Assembly (NCBI GenBank): GCA_964393865.1
Contig: CAYMUW010000012.1
Location: 1,392-65,391 of the forward strand
Source: an uncultured Lachnospiraceae bacterium
Lineage (GTDB): Bacteria > Bacillota > Clostridia > Lachnospirales > Lachnospiraceae
DNA length: 64,000 bases
Reading direction: 5' to 3'
Positions 10,104 through 18,050 of this stretch are shown one piece after another. Position 1 is the first letter of the stretch, and every line of letters begins with the position of its first letter. Under the pieces are notes generated by a model. The model was not told the DNA's origin, ran no database searches, and saw only the letters and a list, made by a program, of their open reading frames with translations. Made by a program: the position numbers and the translations under genes.

Positions 10104-11468
10104 ATGCAAAACAGAATAATAGTACATATTGGAATGCCGAAGACAGGTACTAGTTCCATTCAGAATTTTTTATTTGATAATGCCGAGAAATTAAGACAAT
10201 ATGGGTATTGTTATCCTGATTTTTTGAAAGAGATGAATGAGGCGGGATATGTTATGGCGGCAAGACCAGTGGAACGGAGCAAAAATGGGCTTGCTGCGAT
10301 TATATTGAGAGAATGGGAAGTTCAGACTGATTGTAAAAATAAATTCGCAGAAGCATGGAATTCCCTTGAAACAAAAATAGTTTCATATCTGAAACGGTAT
10401 CATGTAATTATTTCATGTGAAGAAATTTGGATTAGGAAAAATTGTTTTGAATTACTTAGCTGGTTAAAACATATAACCCCTAATATCTGCGTGGTTGTGT
10501 ATTTGAGAAGACAGGATCTGGCAATGGAAGCTATGTGGAATCAAGACATAAAAAGATATAGATATTTGGGGAAAACGCTAGCGCAATGTCTGGAAGGTCC
10601 GGAAAAGGAGTGGATGGAGGAAAGAGTATTAGGATATCTCGAAAAACTAACAAAAGTACAGGATATTGTTTCGATGGATAACATGATTGTACGTATATAT
10701 GAATCACAGCAGATGTATCAAATGTCTGGCGATGTGATTGATGATTTTTTATATACATTGGGAATCCCGATAAGTGACGGTGAATGGATTAAACGCAATC
10801 CATCCAATGAAAGATTGAATGGCAGTTTGCTGAATATCAAGAAGACAATGAATGAATGTTTAGCAGGAAGAGAATGGTTCTCGGGAATCATAGAAGAATA
10901 TGTATTAAAAGCTGCTTCTGAACTAAACTTTCCCAATGAAAAAGAAGCATATTTTTCATTGGAAGAAAGAAAAAGATTTATTGAAAGTTATGCGGAAGAA
11001 AACAGTGAGATTGCGAAAAAATTTTTGAAACGTTCTGACGGAAGACTGTTTTATGATGAAGTAAAAGATCTTTCGTTACATACGGATACAATCTTATTGG
11101 AAGATATCATTAAGTTGTTTACTTACATCGCATTGGAACAGGAAAAAAAAATTTATGAAAAAACCAAATTTTGTATTCCTGATTTTTTGCTGAAAGGCAG
11201 AAAACTGACATTGTTCGGGGCAGGGTATCAATGTAAAAAATTTCTCGCTCAGAATAACTTATCGGTAGACCTGATTGTAGATAACAATCGAAGTAAATCA
11301 GGAACAGAGATATATGGCTGTAAAGTCAAGCATTTTGATGAAGTAACAGATTGGAGTCAAAGATTTGTGGTAATTACATGTGTTGCATGTTTGGAAATGA
11401 TAGAACAATTAAGAGCATTGGGTATGCAGTACAATCTGGATTTTGTTGTATTTGAAGATAATGTATAA
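10104..11468 (+). CDS. sulfotransferase-like protein with C-terminal Rossmann-like module (intact paralogue)
   Basis: Motifs IVHIGMPKTGTS (5'-PSB-like) and YLRRQDLAMEAMWNQ (3'-PB-like). C-terminal LFGAGYQC..VDNNRSKSGTEIYG. RBS AAGGAGG. The gene sits next to the PAPS synthesis genes. Confidence 0.75.
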   Translation: MQNRIIVHIGMPKTGTSSIQNFLFDNAEKLRQYGYCYPDFLKEMNEAGYVMAARPVERSKNGLAAIILREWEVQTDCKNKFAEAWNSLETKIVSYLKRYHVIISCEEIWIRKNCFELLSWLKHITPNICVVVYLRRQDLAMEAMWNQDIKRYRYLGKTLAQCLEGPEKEWMEERVLGYLEKLTKVQDIVSMDNMIVRIYESQQMYQMSGDVIDDFLYTLGIPISDGEWIKRNPSNERLNGSLLNIKKTMNECLAGREWFSGIIEEYVLKAASELNFPNEKEAYFSLEERKRFIESYAEENSEIAKKFLKRSDGRLFYDEVKDLSLHTDTILLEDIIKLFTYIALEQEKKIYEKTKFCIPDFLLKGRKLTLFGAGYQCKKFLAQNNLSVDLIVDNNRSKSGTEIYGCKVKHFDEVTDWSQRFVVITCVACLEMIEQLRALGMQYNLDFVVFEDNV

Positions 11469-11482
11469 GAAATAAAACATAT

Positions 11483-12535
11483 ATGCTATGGGGAAAGATT
11501 ATGCAGATCAATAGTTATGAGTTAAAGCCTATACTGGCAACAATTATAAAGGCTGATGAAAGGATGTTTTACGCAGCTTCAAAGGGAGTCCGTATCGTTG
11601 AATGGAATTCTATTGGAATCAACATACTTTATGCCGAGGAAACTGATAATCTGTGGGGAGCGTTCCATTTTTCGGCTGTATTTCATGAGAGTATTTTTTT
11701 CTTTCCACGTAATTATGATTATGTTATAAAATATGACATTATCCAAAAACAAACAGAAAAAATTGCTGTTCCAGGGAAACAAAACGAAGAATTTATGCTT
11801 CCGTATATCAATAATGATGCTTTTATGATGATAGGACTGAGCAGCGGCAATGTGTACAAATGGGTTGATGAATGTGCATTTGAAAAGGTATCGCAGCTGG
11901 ATTGGGGATGTGAACAGTGGAAACTTAATAAACAAGGCGCACGAATTGAAAATATACTCTTTTGGAACACAGATAAAGAAATTGCAATTTTAGACAAAGA
12001 GAATCTGATGATTAAGAGGATAGTCATTTCAACTGATGAAATTTTGTATGCGGCTGGAGATGAGAGGCATTTATTTTGGGTATCGGAGTCGGGAGATGTA
12101 TATTCCCAGTATGATAAGTTCGGAGATTTTAACTACTTGTTTCATTTGGAATTTCCTGTTTCTGATTTAGCGCGTTTTATATATCGTGAGCATAGCCTAT
12201 ATCTTTTGCCCCACACCGGTAATCAGATTTATGTGATAAAGGAAAATTCGGAAGCATCGGTTGTAAACCTAGAGTTGGATTTAAAGGATAAAAATGTGAA
12301 TTGGGCAGTTTGTGAAGACGGTTTCATCGGAGTGGCAGAGAATATTGATAAACCATGGAATGGGGAGTTGACCTTTTTTACTTATAATCCGTCCGGTCAT
12401 ATAGTATTGAAACTTCCTTTTGAAGAGGCTGCAATGAAATACTTGTTCCATAAGAATATAAAAAACGGGATTTTGATTCGAGAAGGAGAAAATAACGATT
12501 TAAAGACATATTTAAAACTTGTAAAAGGGAGCTGA
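11483..12535 (+). CDS. hypothetical soluble protein (no motif recognised)
   Basis: Long ORF in the operon orientation with low-GC codon usage like its neighbours. An alternative start is the ATG at 11501 after GGGGAAAG. No TM segment or signal peptide is seen. Confidence 0.6.
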   Translation: MLWGKIMQINSYELKPILATIIKADERMFYAASKGVRIVEWNSIGINILYAEETDNLWGAFHFSAVFHESIFFFPRNYDYVIKYDIIQKQTEKIAVPGKQNEEFMLPYINNDAFMMIGLSSGNVYKWVDECAFEKVSQLDWGCEQWKLNKQGARIENILFWNTDKEIAILDKENLMIKRIVISTDEILYAAGDERHLFWVSESGDVYSQYDKFGDFNYLFHLEFPVSDLARFIYREHSLYLLPHTGNQIYVIKENSEASVVNLELDLKDKNVNWAVCEDGFIGVAENIDKPWNGELTFFTYNPSGHIVLKLPFEEAAMKYLFHKNIKNGILIREGENNDLKTYLKLVKGS

Positions 12536-12630
12536 CATTATGATGCGAGATTCATGTTTATCACATGTTGAATGGTTTGGCAATGAAAAAGAAACAGTTT
12601 TATGTGCAGTGATTGTATTAAGGGAGAAAA

Positions 12631-13827
12631 ATGATTAGTATTATTGTTCCAATCTATAATGTGGAATCTTATCTGTATCAGTGTATGGACAGTATTATCA
12701 AACAGACTTATCAGGATATTGAAATTATTTTGGTGGATGACGGTTCCCTTGACGGTGGAGGAAAGATCTGCGATGCCTATGCCGGGCGCGATTGCAGAAT
12801 CAAAGTGATCCATAAAGAAAACGGGGGTCTTGTCAGTGCGCGAAAGGCCGGATTATCTGTGGCGGAAGGAGAATGGATCGGCTATGTGGACGGCGATGAC
12901 TGGATTGAGCCGGATATGTATGAGAAATTGATGATTAAGGCTTTGGAATATGATGCTGATATTGCTATGTGCGGCAGATATGAAGATACAGGGGATATAT
13001 CAAAACCTGTATATCATGGCTTCCCCGAAGGATATTATGACAGGAATAAGCTGCTGACAGAGATTTATCCCAAAATGATGGTGGGAAGGGATTTTTTTGA
13101 ATGGGGGATTTTCCCCGGTGTATGGGATAAGCTTTTCAAGAGGGAAATAATAGAGGATTTCCAGATGCAGGTAGATGAGAGGATTATGATGGGTGAGGAT
13201 GCAGCCTGCGTGTATCCGTGTATGCTGTCGGCCAAAAGAGTGTATATATTGCACGAATGCCTCTACCATTACAGGCAGTCAACGGATTCTATGATAAAAA
13301 GGAAGGAGGATACCGCAGTTGAAAGAGAACGCTTTGAAATACTGTATACCTCTGTATTGCAGCAGTTGGATAGGCTGAAGGGCGTATACAGTCTAACAAA
13401 CCAGTGGAAAAAATATATGCTTTTTCTTATGCTTCCAAGGGCTGACAGTTTATATGACGGGGTTGAAAACCTGGATTATCTCTTTCCGTTTCCCGGCGTA
13501 TCAAAGGGCGAAAAAATCTTGTTGTACGGAGCCGGAACATATGGGCAAAGATTGTACCAATGGTTAAAGGAGTCTTCGTTTTGCAGCGTAATCATGTGGG
13601 CTGACAGGAATTATAAGGAAATCCAAAAGCATGGATTGGACGTGCGCAGTCCGGAGGAAATCAGGAATGCGGATTTTGACCATATCGTAATTGCTATCAT
13701 CAATGCAGGAGTGAGGAAAGCAGTCAAAAGAGAGCTTGCGGAAATCTATGGGGAGAACAAAGTGGAGGGCATTGATGAGAAACTGATCATGAGTGAGGAT
13801 ACAGAAAGGAAATTCCGCATGAGATAG
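12631..13827 (+). CDS. GT2 glycosyltransferase with C-terminal Rossmann-like module
   Basis: Motifs ISIIVPIYNVESYLYQC..LVDDGS and DGDD. C-terminal LLYGAGTYGQ..WADRNYKEIQKHGLDV. RBS GGGAG. Confidence 0.85.
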   Translation: MISIIVPIYNVESYLYQCMDSIIKQTYQDIEIILVDDGSLDGGGKICDAYAGRDCRIKVIHKENGGLVSARKAGLSVAEGEWIGYVDGDDWIEPDMYEKLMIKALEYDADIAMCGRYEDTGDISKPVYHGFPEGYYDRNKLLTEIYPKMMVGRDFFEWGIFPGVWDKLFKREIIEDFQMQVDERIMMGEDAACVYPCMLSAKRVYILHECLYHYRQSTDSMIKRKEDTAVERERFEILYTSVLQQLDRLKGVYSLTNQWKKYMLFLMLPRADSLYDGVENLDYLFPFPGVSKGEKILLYGAGTYGQRLYQWLKESSFCSVIMWADRNYKEIQKHGLDVRSPEEIRNADFDHIVIAIINAGVRKAVKRELAEIYGENKVEGIDEKLIMSEDTERKFRMR

Positions 13828-13973
13828 ATGGAAAATCAAATGAAAGAAATAGAAAAAATGCTGATTATGGACGAGTCTGGCTAATTGGGAAAAAGTATTT
13901 TATTTAAGCGGTGTTAATTCCGATGTTGGAAAACCTGAAAATAAAAGGCTGCCAGACAGGAGGCAGGAAGAAA

Positions 13974-14960
13974 ATGGAAAAAATACTGATCACGGGCGCG
14001 TCCGGCTACATCGGCTCCATGCTCGTAAAGCATATCCTGAGTGAGGACAGCGGCGCAGAGATTACAGCGCCGCTGAGGAGGACTGCCGGGACAAGGCTTC
14101 CGGCATCGGACAGGCTTCGCATTATAAAGATGGACCTATCGGAAAAATCCGCATTGGACAGTCTCGCGCCGGACTGTTCCTATATCATTCACTGCGCATG
14201 TGCCACGAAATCGTCAGAGATGGCTGCGCATCCCGTGGAAACGGCGGCGGGCATTTTAAGCATCACGGAGAATGTCCTGTATTATGCCAAAAGGTGTCGG
14301 GAATCCGGAGCTTTAAAATCTATGGTCTACCTTTCGTCGATGGAGGTTTATGGAAACATCGATTGTTCTGACGGACACCGGGCAGCGGAGGACGAGATGG
14401 GCTATATAAACCCGCTTGCCGCCCGGAGCTGCTACCCACTGGGAAAACGCATGGCGGAGAACCTGTGCTATTCCTATTTTAAGGAGTATGGCGTCCCGGT
14501 GAAGATAGCCCGTCTTGCGCAGACCTTCGGGCACGGCGTCCTGCTGGATGACAGCCGCGTGTTCGCGCAGTTTGCAAGGGCGGCGGCGGAAGGGCGGGAT
14601 ATCGTCCTGCACACGGAAGGAAAGTCCATGGGGAACTACTGCGGCATAGATGACGCCGTAAAAGGCATCCTGACGATCCTGCGGCGCGGAGCTGACGGCG
14701 AGGCCTACAACGTGGTGAACGAGACGAACACCATGAGCATCCGTGAGATGGCGGAGCTTGTGGCGGAAAAGCTTGCGAAAGGTCAGATCAAAGTGGTCTG
14801 TGACATCCCCAAGGATAACGTGTATGGCTATGCGCCCGACACGGGGCTGCGGCTTTCGGGCAGGAAGCTGATGGGGCTTGGATGGATGCCGGCGCAGGAT
14901 CTTGCGGAGATGTACCGGGATGCGGCGGAGGATATGGCAGCTCAAGGAGCAGCGCCTTGA
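13974..14960 (+). CDS. NAD-dependent epimerase/dehydratase (SDR family)
   Basis: Motifs ILITGASGYIGS (GxxGxxG) and YPLGK (YxxxK). RBS AGGAGG. GC is visibly about 60% against about 30-38% in the upstream locus. Confidence 0.85.
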   Translation: MEKILITGASGYIGSMLVKHILSEDSGAEITAPLRRTAGTRLPASDRLRIIKMDLSEKSALDSLAPDCSYIIHCACATKSSEMAAHPVETAAGILSITENVLYYAKRCRESGALKSMVYLSSMEVYGNIDCSDGHRAAEDEMGYINPLAARSCYPLGKRMAENLCYSYFKEYGVPVKIARLAQTFGHGVLLDDSRVFAQFARAAAEGRDIVLHTEGKSMGNYCGIDDAVKGILTILRRGADGEAYNVVNETNTMSIREMAELVAEKLAKGQIKVVCDIPKDNVYGYAPDTGLRLSGRKLMGLGWMPAQDLAEMYRDAAEDMAAQGAAP

Positions 14961-14980
14961 GTGGGAAGGTGAGCCGTGAA

Positions 14981-16429
14981 TTATGAGCGGTAAGTTTCCA
15001 TGCCTGGTTTAAGAGCCGCGTCCTGTCCTTTTGCGGCAGGATGTCCGAGATACTGTTCCATATTAGCCATTTTCTGTTTAAGAGATCTGGCTTCCTGCTC
15101 GGCTGATCTGCATGTTTTCTCAAGAGCGGTCTTACGGGTCAGCATCGCTTCATAGTCAGCACGGATCTCATCCGAATCGACAGATTTCGGGTCAAGCCCT
15201 ATCTTTTGGAGCATACGCTCAGCGCCGTCATACAGGATCAGCTGGGTTTCGTGCATCCGAAGGTATCTGTCCGGATCTTTTGATCTATTATATTTCTCCT
15301 GATACGGTTTATTGTCCCTGTACTGCTCTGCATAGAGGAGCAGTTCTGAGATTTTTTTCATTTCATGCTCCAGTTCCACAAGCCCGGTGCGGGCAGATCT
15401 TGCCCCTGCGGTCTTTTCATCTATCTGCTCATGGAGCTCAGCCAGGCTATCTGCGGCGGCGTAACTGGAAGCGGCAGTTTTGAGGTTCTTAATAGCTGCC
15501 CAGTGCTGCAGTCCGGGGCTGCTTTTGAATTTCTCGCTGGTGGTGTCGATAAGCGTTCTGCTCGCACTGGTGCGGGTGATGATGTCCTTCTTTGGAACCT
15601 TGATCCGTGATTTCTGTTTAGGAGCCTCTGTAGTAACAGGCTCCTGACAGTCCTGTTTTACATTCTGCCATTTCTCCGGATTCTCAATCCTGTCTTTGAT
15701 ATCCTCTTTGGTATATCCTAATCCAAAATTGCGTAAGCTGCCGCGCACCGAACGCTCCTGTCCTGGGGCAAGGAACTTTATATATTTCGCATGAGGATCA
15801 CCGATTTTTTCTCCGGTGATTTTGTAGCCTTTTTCTCTGATCAGGCGCAGGAACTCTTCATAGGATTCAGAGAGTTTGATGCATTCATCAATATCTGCCT
15901 GCAGCCGCTTTTTCCATGAGATGCCTTCCTGTTCGGCTTTCCACTCCACATATTTTTTGCCTTTTCTGCCGCTCGGCTCAATGATGGAAAGGTTGTGTTC
16001 CTTGCATAATTCATCACTGAGCTGCCGGATGTGGTAATAGCTTTTCTTGCAGGCGTTATATTTTTTGTGGTCGATATTATCGGCGGCGCAGAAAATGATG
16101 TGGTTATGAGGGTGGCCTTTATCCACGTGGGTTGCTACAACATAGGAGTATTTTCCTTCCAGCAATCTGTCGGCAAGCTCAATTCCGATTCTGTGTGCTT
16201 CTTCGTAAGAAACCTCACCTTTTGCAAAAGACTGGATCAGGTGATATGCCAGATTTTTATCGGAGGACTTCGTTCTGCAAAGAGCGTAATCAAAGTCATG
16301 CCTGGCAGTATCGGGATGACAGCCAAAAGAATCAACAAGCAGTTGCTGCTCGGTTTTATCAGGGTTACAAATATAATTTACAGCTTTTGTAACGGTACTT
16401 TTGATAGCATGGATTCGTGTGTATGCCAT
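14981..16429 (-). CDS. relaxase/mobilisation nuclease (MobA/VirD2 family)
   Basis: N-terminus MAYTRIHAIKS..YICNPDKT, HLIQSF, and the histidine triad HVDKGHPHNHIIF. Confidence 0.9.
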   Translation of the reverse strand: MAYTRIHAIKSTVTKAVNYICNPDKTEQQLLVDSFGCHPDTARHDFDYALCRTKSSDKNLAYHLIQSFAKGEVSYEEAHRIGIELADRLLEGKYSYVVATHVDKGHPHNHIIFCAADNIDHKKYNACKKSYYHIRQLSDELCKEHNLSIIEPSGRKGKKYVEWKAEQEGISWKKRLQADIDECIKLSESYEEFLRLIREKGYKITGEKIGDPHAKYIKFLAPGQERSVRGSLRNFGLGYTKEDIKDRIENPEKWQNVKQDCQEPVTTEAPKQKSRIKVPKKDIITRTSASRTLIDTTSEKFKSSPGLQHWAAIKNLKTAASSYAAADSLAELHEQIDEKTAGARSARTGLVELEHEMKKISELLLYAEQYRDNKPYQEKYNRSKDPDRYLRMHETQLILYDGAERMLQKIGLDPKSVDSDEIRADYEAMLTRKTALEKTCRSAEQEARSLKQKMANMEQYLGHPAAKGQDAALKPGMETYRS

Positions 16430-16722
16430 ATCTTATCCATCAGCTCCTTTATCTCATTTAGGTCTTCTTCGTAAATATTCCCGGTTTTCATAATCCGCGT
16501 TCTTATCATGTTTATGTTTCTTCCGAGTGCGGCGATCTGATAGTTGTATTCTTTCAGACCGCTATAGTCGATGTCGTAGGTATAACCGTACAGGATCAGG
16601 TGACGGATATACTCGGATATATTTCGCATTTTGGATGCCTTGAACTTTTCATCCAGGACATATTTTTCATCTTCACTGAGATATACCTGTATGGGGATTT
16701 TGCGTTCCCGCTCTTTACTCAT
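16378..16722 (-). CDS. mobC: relaxosome accessory protein MobC
   Basis: RHH-like N-terminus (IQVYLSEDEKYVLDEK) and GRNINMIRTRI typical of the MobC family. It lies immediately upstream of, and overlaps, the relaxase. Confidence 0.85.
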   Translation of the reverse strand: MSKERERKIPIQVYLSEDEKYVLDEKFKASKMRNISEYIRHLILYGYTYDIDYSGLKEYNYQIAALGRNINMIRTRIMKTGNIYEEDLNEIKELMDKIWHTHESMLSKVPLQKL

Positions 16723-16829
16723 GATGAGACACTTCCTTTCAATATTGCCGTTTCCGGCGAATTATCTTTTTGGCAGAAATGCTTCGGTTTCCGTAGAGGT
16801 AAAAAGATGTAGTTCTGCATTAACGGGGG

Positions 16830-17160
16830 TCAGGGGGGAGTATCCCCTTGCAAGCTCATTTGCGCGTAACTTCGAGGCAGGCGGACATGCTCGCATGGAC
16901 ATCTGCCGAGAAGCGCGGCATCGGGCAGTTTATTGCCCGATGCGCCATTTTTCCGGCAGGAGAAATGGTCAGCAAATGTGGATGTGTCATGACACATCCA
17001 ATGCTTGGTATTCTTCTTGCAAATCCGTCAGGATTTGCGGGTTCAGACTGCCATAGGGCAGGCGGCTTTGAACCCATAACGCCGTATCCGGCGATTGTTC
17101 TTATGCTTTTGTACTGTGGGGAAAATAACGGTAAAATAAAAAACTGCCACAGTACGGGCG
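16830..17160. other. candidate oriT / structured DNA region upstream of mobC
   Basis: Noncoding stretch with clustered inverted repeats at 16918-16943, 16979-17000 (perfect 22-nt palindrome), 17019-17038 and 17111-17119/17147-17155. Confidence 0.4.
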
Positions 17161-17357
17161 CACGGGCAGCGCCGGTAATCGTAGCAGTTTTGGTGTTTTC
17201 TTGAAGTAACTCAAATTTTATCAGATGAACCGGTGATGGTCAATGTGTTTAATAGAAAATCGTCCACAAGTTGGGGGCGATTTTCGGTCGAAAAAATTCA
17301 ACTCAATCTGGGGTAAAATTGACGAGCGCTGCATAGAATATAGGAAACAGATTTTTC

Positions 17358-17387
17358 TTGACTAGGGTCTATATCACGGTATATACT
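17358..17387 (+). promoter_or_regulatory. putative sigma-A promoter of vapBC
   Basis: TTGACT (17358-17363), 18-nt spacer, TATACT (17382-17387), about 25 nt upstream of the vapB ATG. Confidence 0.45.
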
Positions 17388-17411
17388 ATAAATGAAAGGA
17401 AGGTGATCATT

Positions 17412-17642
17412 ATGATGACTGCAAAGGTTTTTGAAAATGGAAGAAGTCAGGCAATCAGACTTCCTAAGGAATGTCGTTTCACATCAGATGAGGTGATGGT
17501 GAATAAGATTGGTGATATTGTGATCCTGCTTCCCAAGCAGAATAAATGGGATTCTTTTATGAGAGCGATAGATATGTTCTCTGATGATTTTATGGCTGAT
17601 GGAAGATCAACAGATATTTGTCAGGAGCGTGAAGCACTATGA
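17412..17642 (+). CDS. vapB: VapB-type antitoxin (AbrB/MazE/SpoVT fold)
   Basis: FENGRSQAIRLPKECRF motif. RBS GAAAGGAAGGTGA precedes the ATG at 17412. The stop overlaps the vapC start. Confidence 0.8.
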   Translation: MMTAKVFENGRSQAIRLPKECRFTSDEVMVNKIGDIVILLPKQNKWDSFMRAIDMFSDDFMADGRSTDICQEREAL

Positions 17643-18040
17643 GATATATGCTTGATACAAACATCTGCATCTATGCGATCAAGCATAAGCCGGAGAAGGT
17701 GTTTCAGAAATTACAGGAAGTTGATCCTGAAGACGTATGTGTATCTTCGGTCACATATGCAGAACTTGTGCATGGTGTAGAAAAAAGTGCCGCCGTAGAA
17801 AAAAACAGGCTGGCACTTTCCATGCTTCTCGCAAATATAGAGATTTTGAATTTCGATGTAGATGCGGCGGACTGTTACGGAAAGATCCGGGCAGGTCTTG
17901 AAAAGAAAGGTATGCCGATTGGCCCCCTTGATATGATGATCGCAGGTCATGCGATGTCAATGGGGTACACTGTGGTAACGAACAATGTAAAAGAGTTCTC
18001 CAGAATCCCGGATCTGAAAATAGAGAACTGGACTGAGTGA
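17639..18040 (+). CDS. vapC: VapC-type PIN-domain toxin
   Basis: MLDTNICIY (first acidic PIN residue), typical length of 133 aa, 4-nt overlap with vapB. Confidence 0.9.
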   Translation: MRYMLDTNICIYAIKHKPEKVFQKLQEVDPEDVCVSSVTYAELVHGVEKSAAVEKNRLALSMLLANIEILNFDVDAADCYGKIRAGLEKKGMPIGPLDMMIAGHAMSMGYTVVTNNVKEFSRIPDLKIENWTE

Positions 18041-18050
18041 TTATAATTTA

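Noticed and set aside
14313-15123. Long minus-strand ORFs (210 aa and 111 aa) antisense to the epimerase
   Set aside because: They lie in a ~60% GC segment where stop codons are rare. Their products are Arg/Pro/His-rich with no motif. The + strand encodes a clear SDR enzyme with an RBS.
16600-17204. Overlapping ORFs on both strands (70-141 aa) upstream of mobC
   Set aside because: They are mutually overlapping and lack ribosome-binding sites. The sequence is dominated by inverted repeats, so it is treated as oriT-like noncoding DNA.
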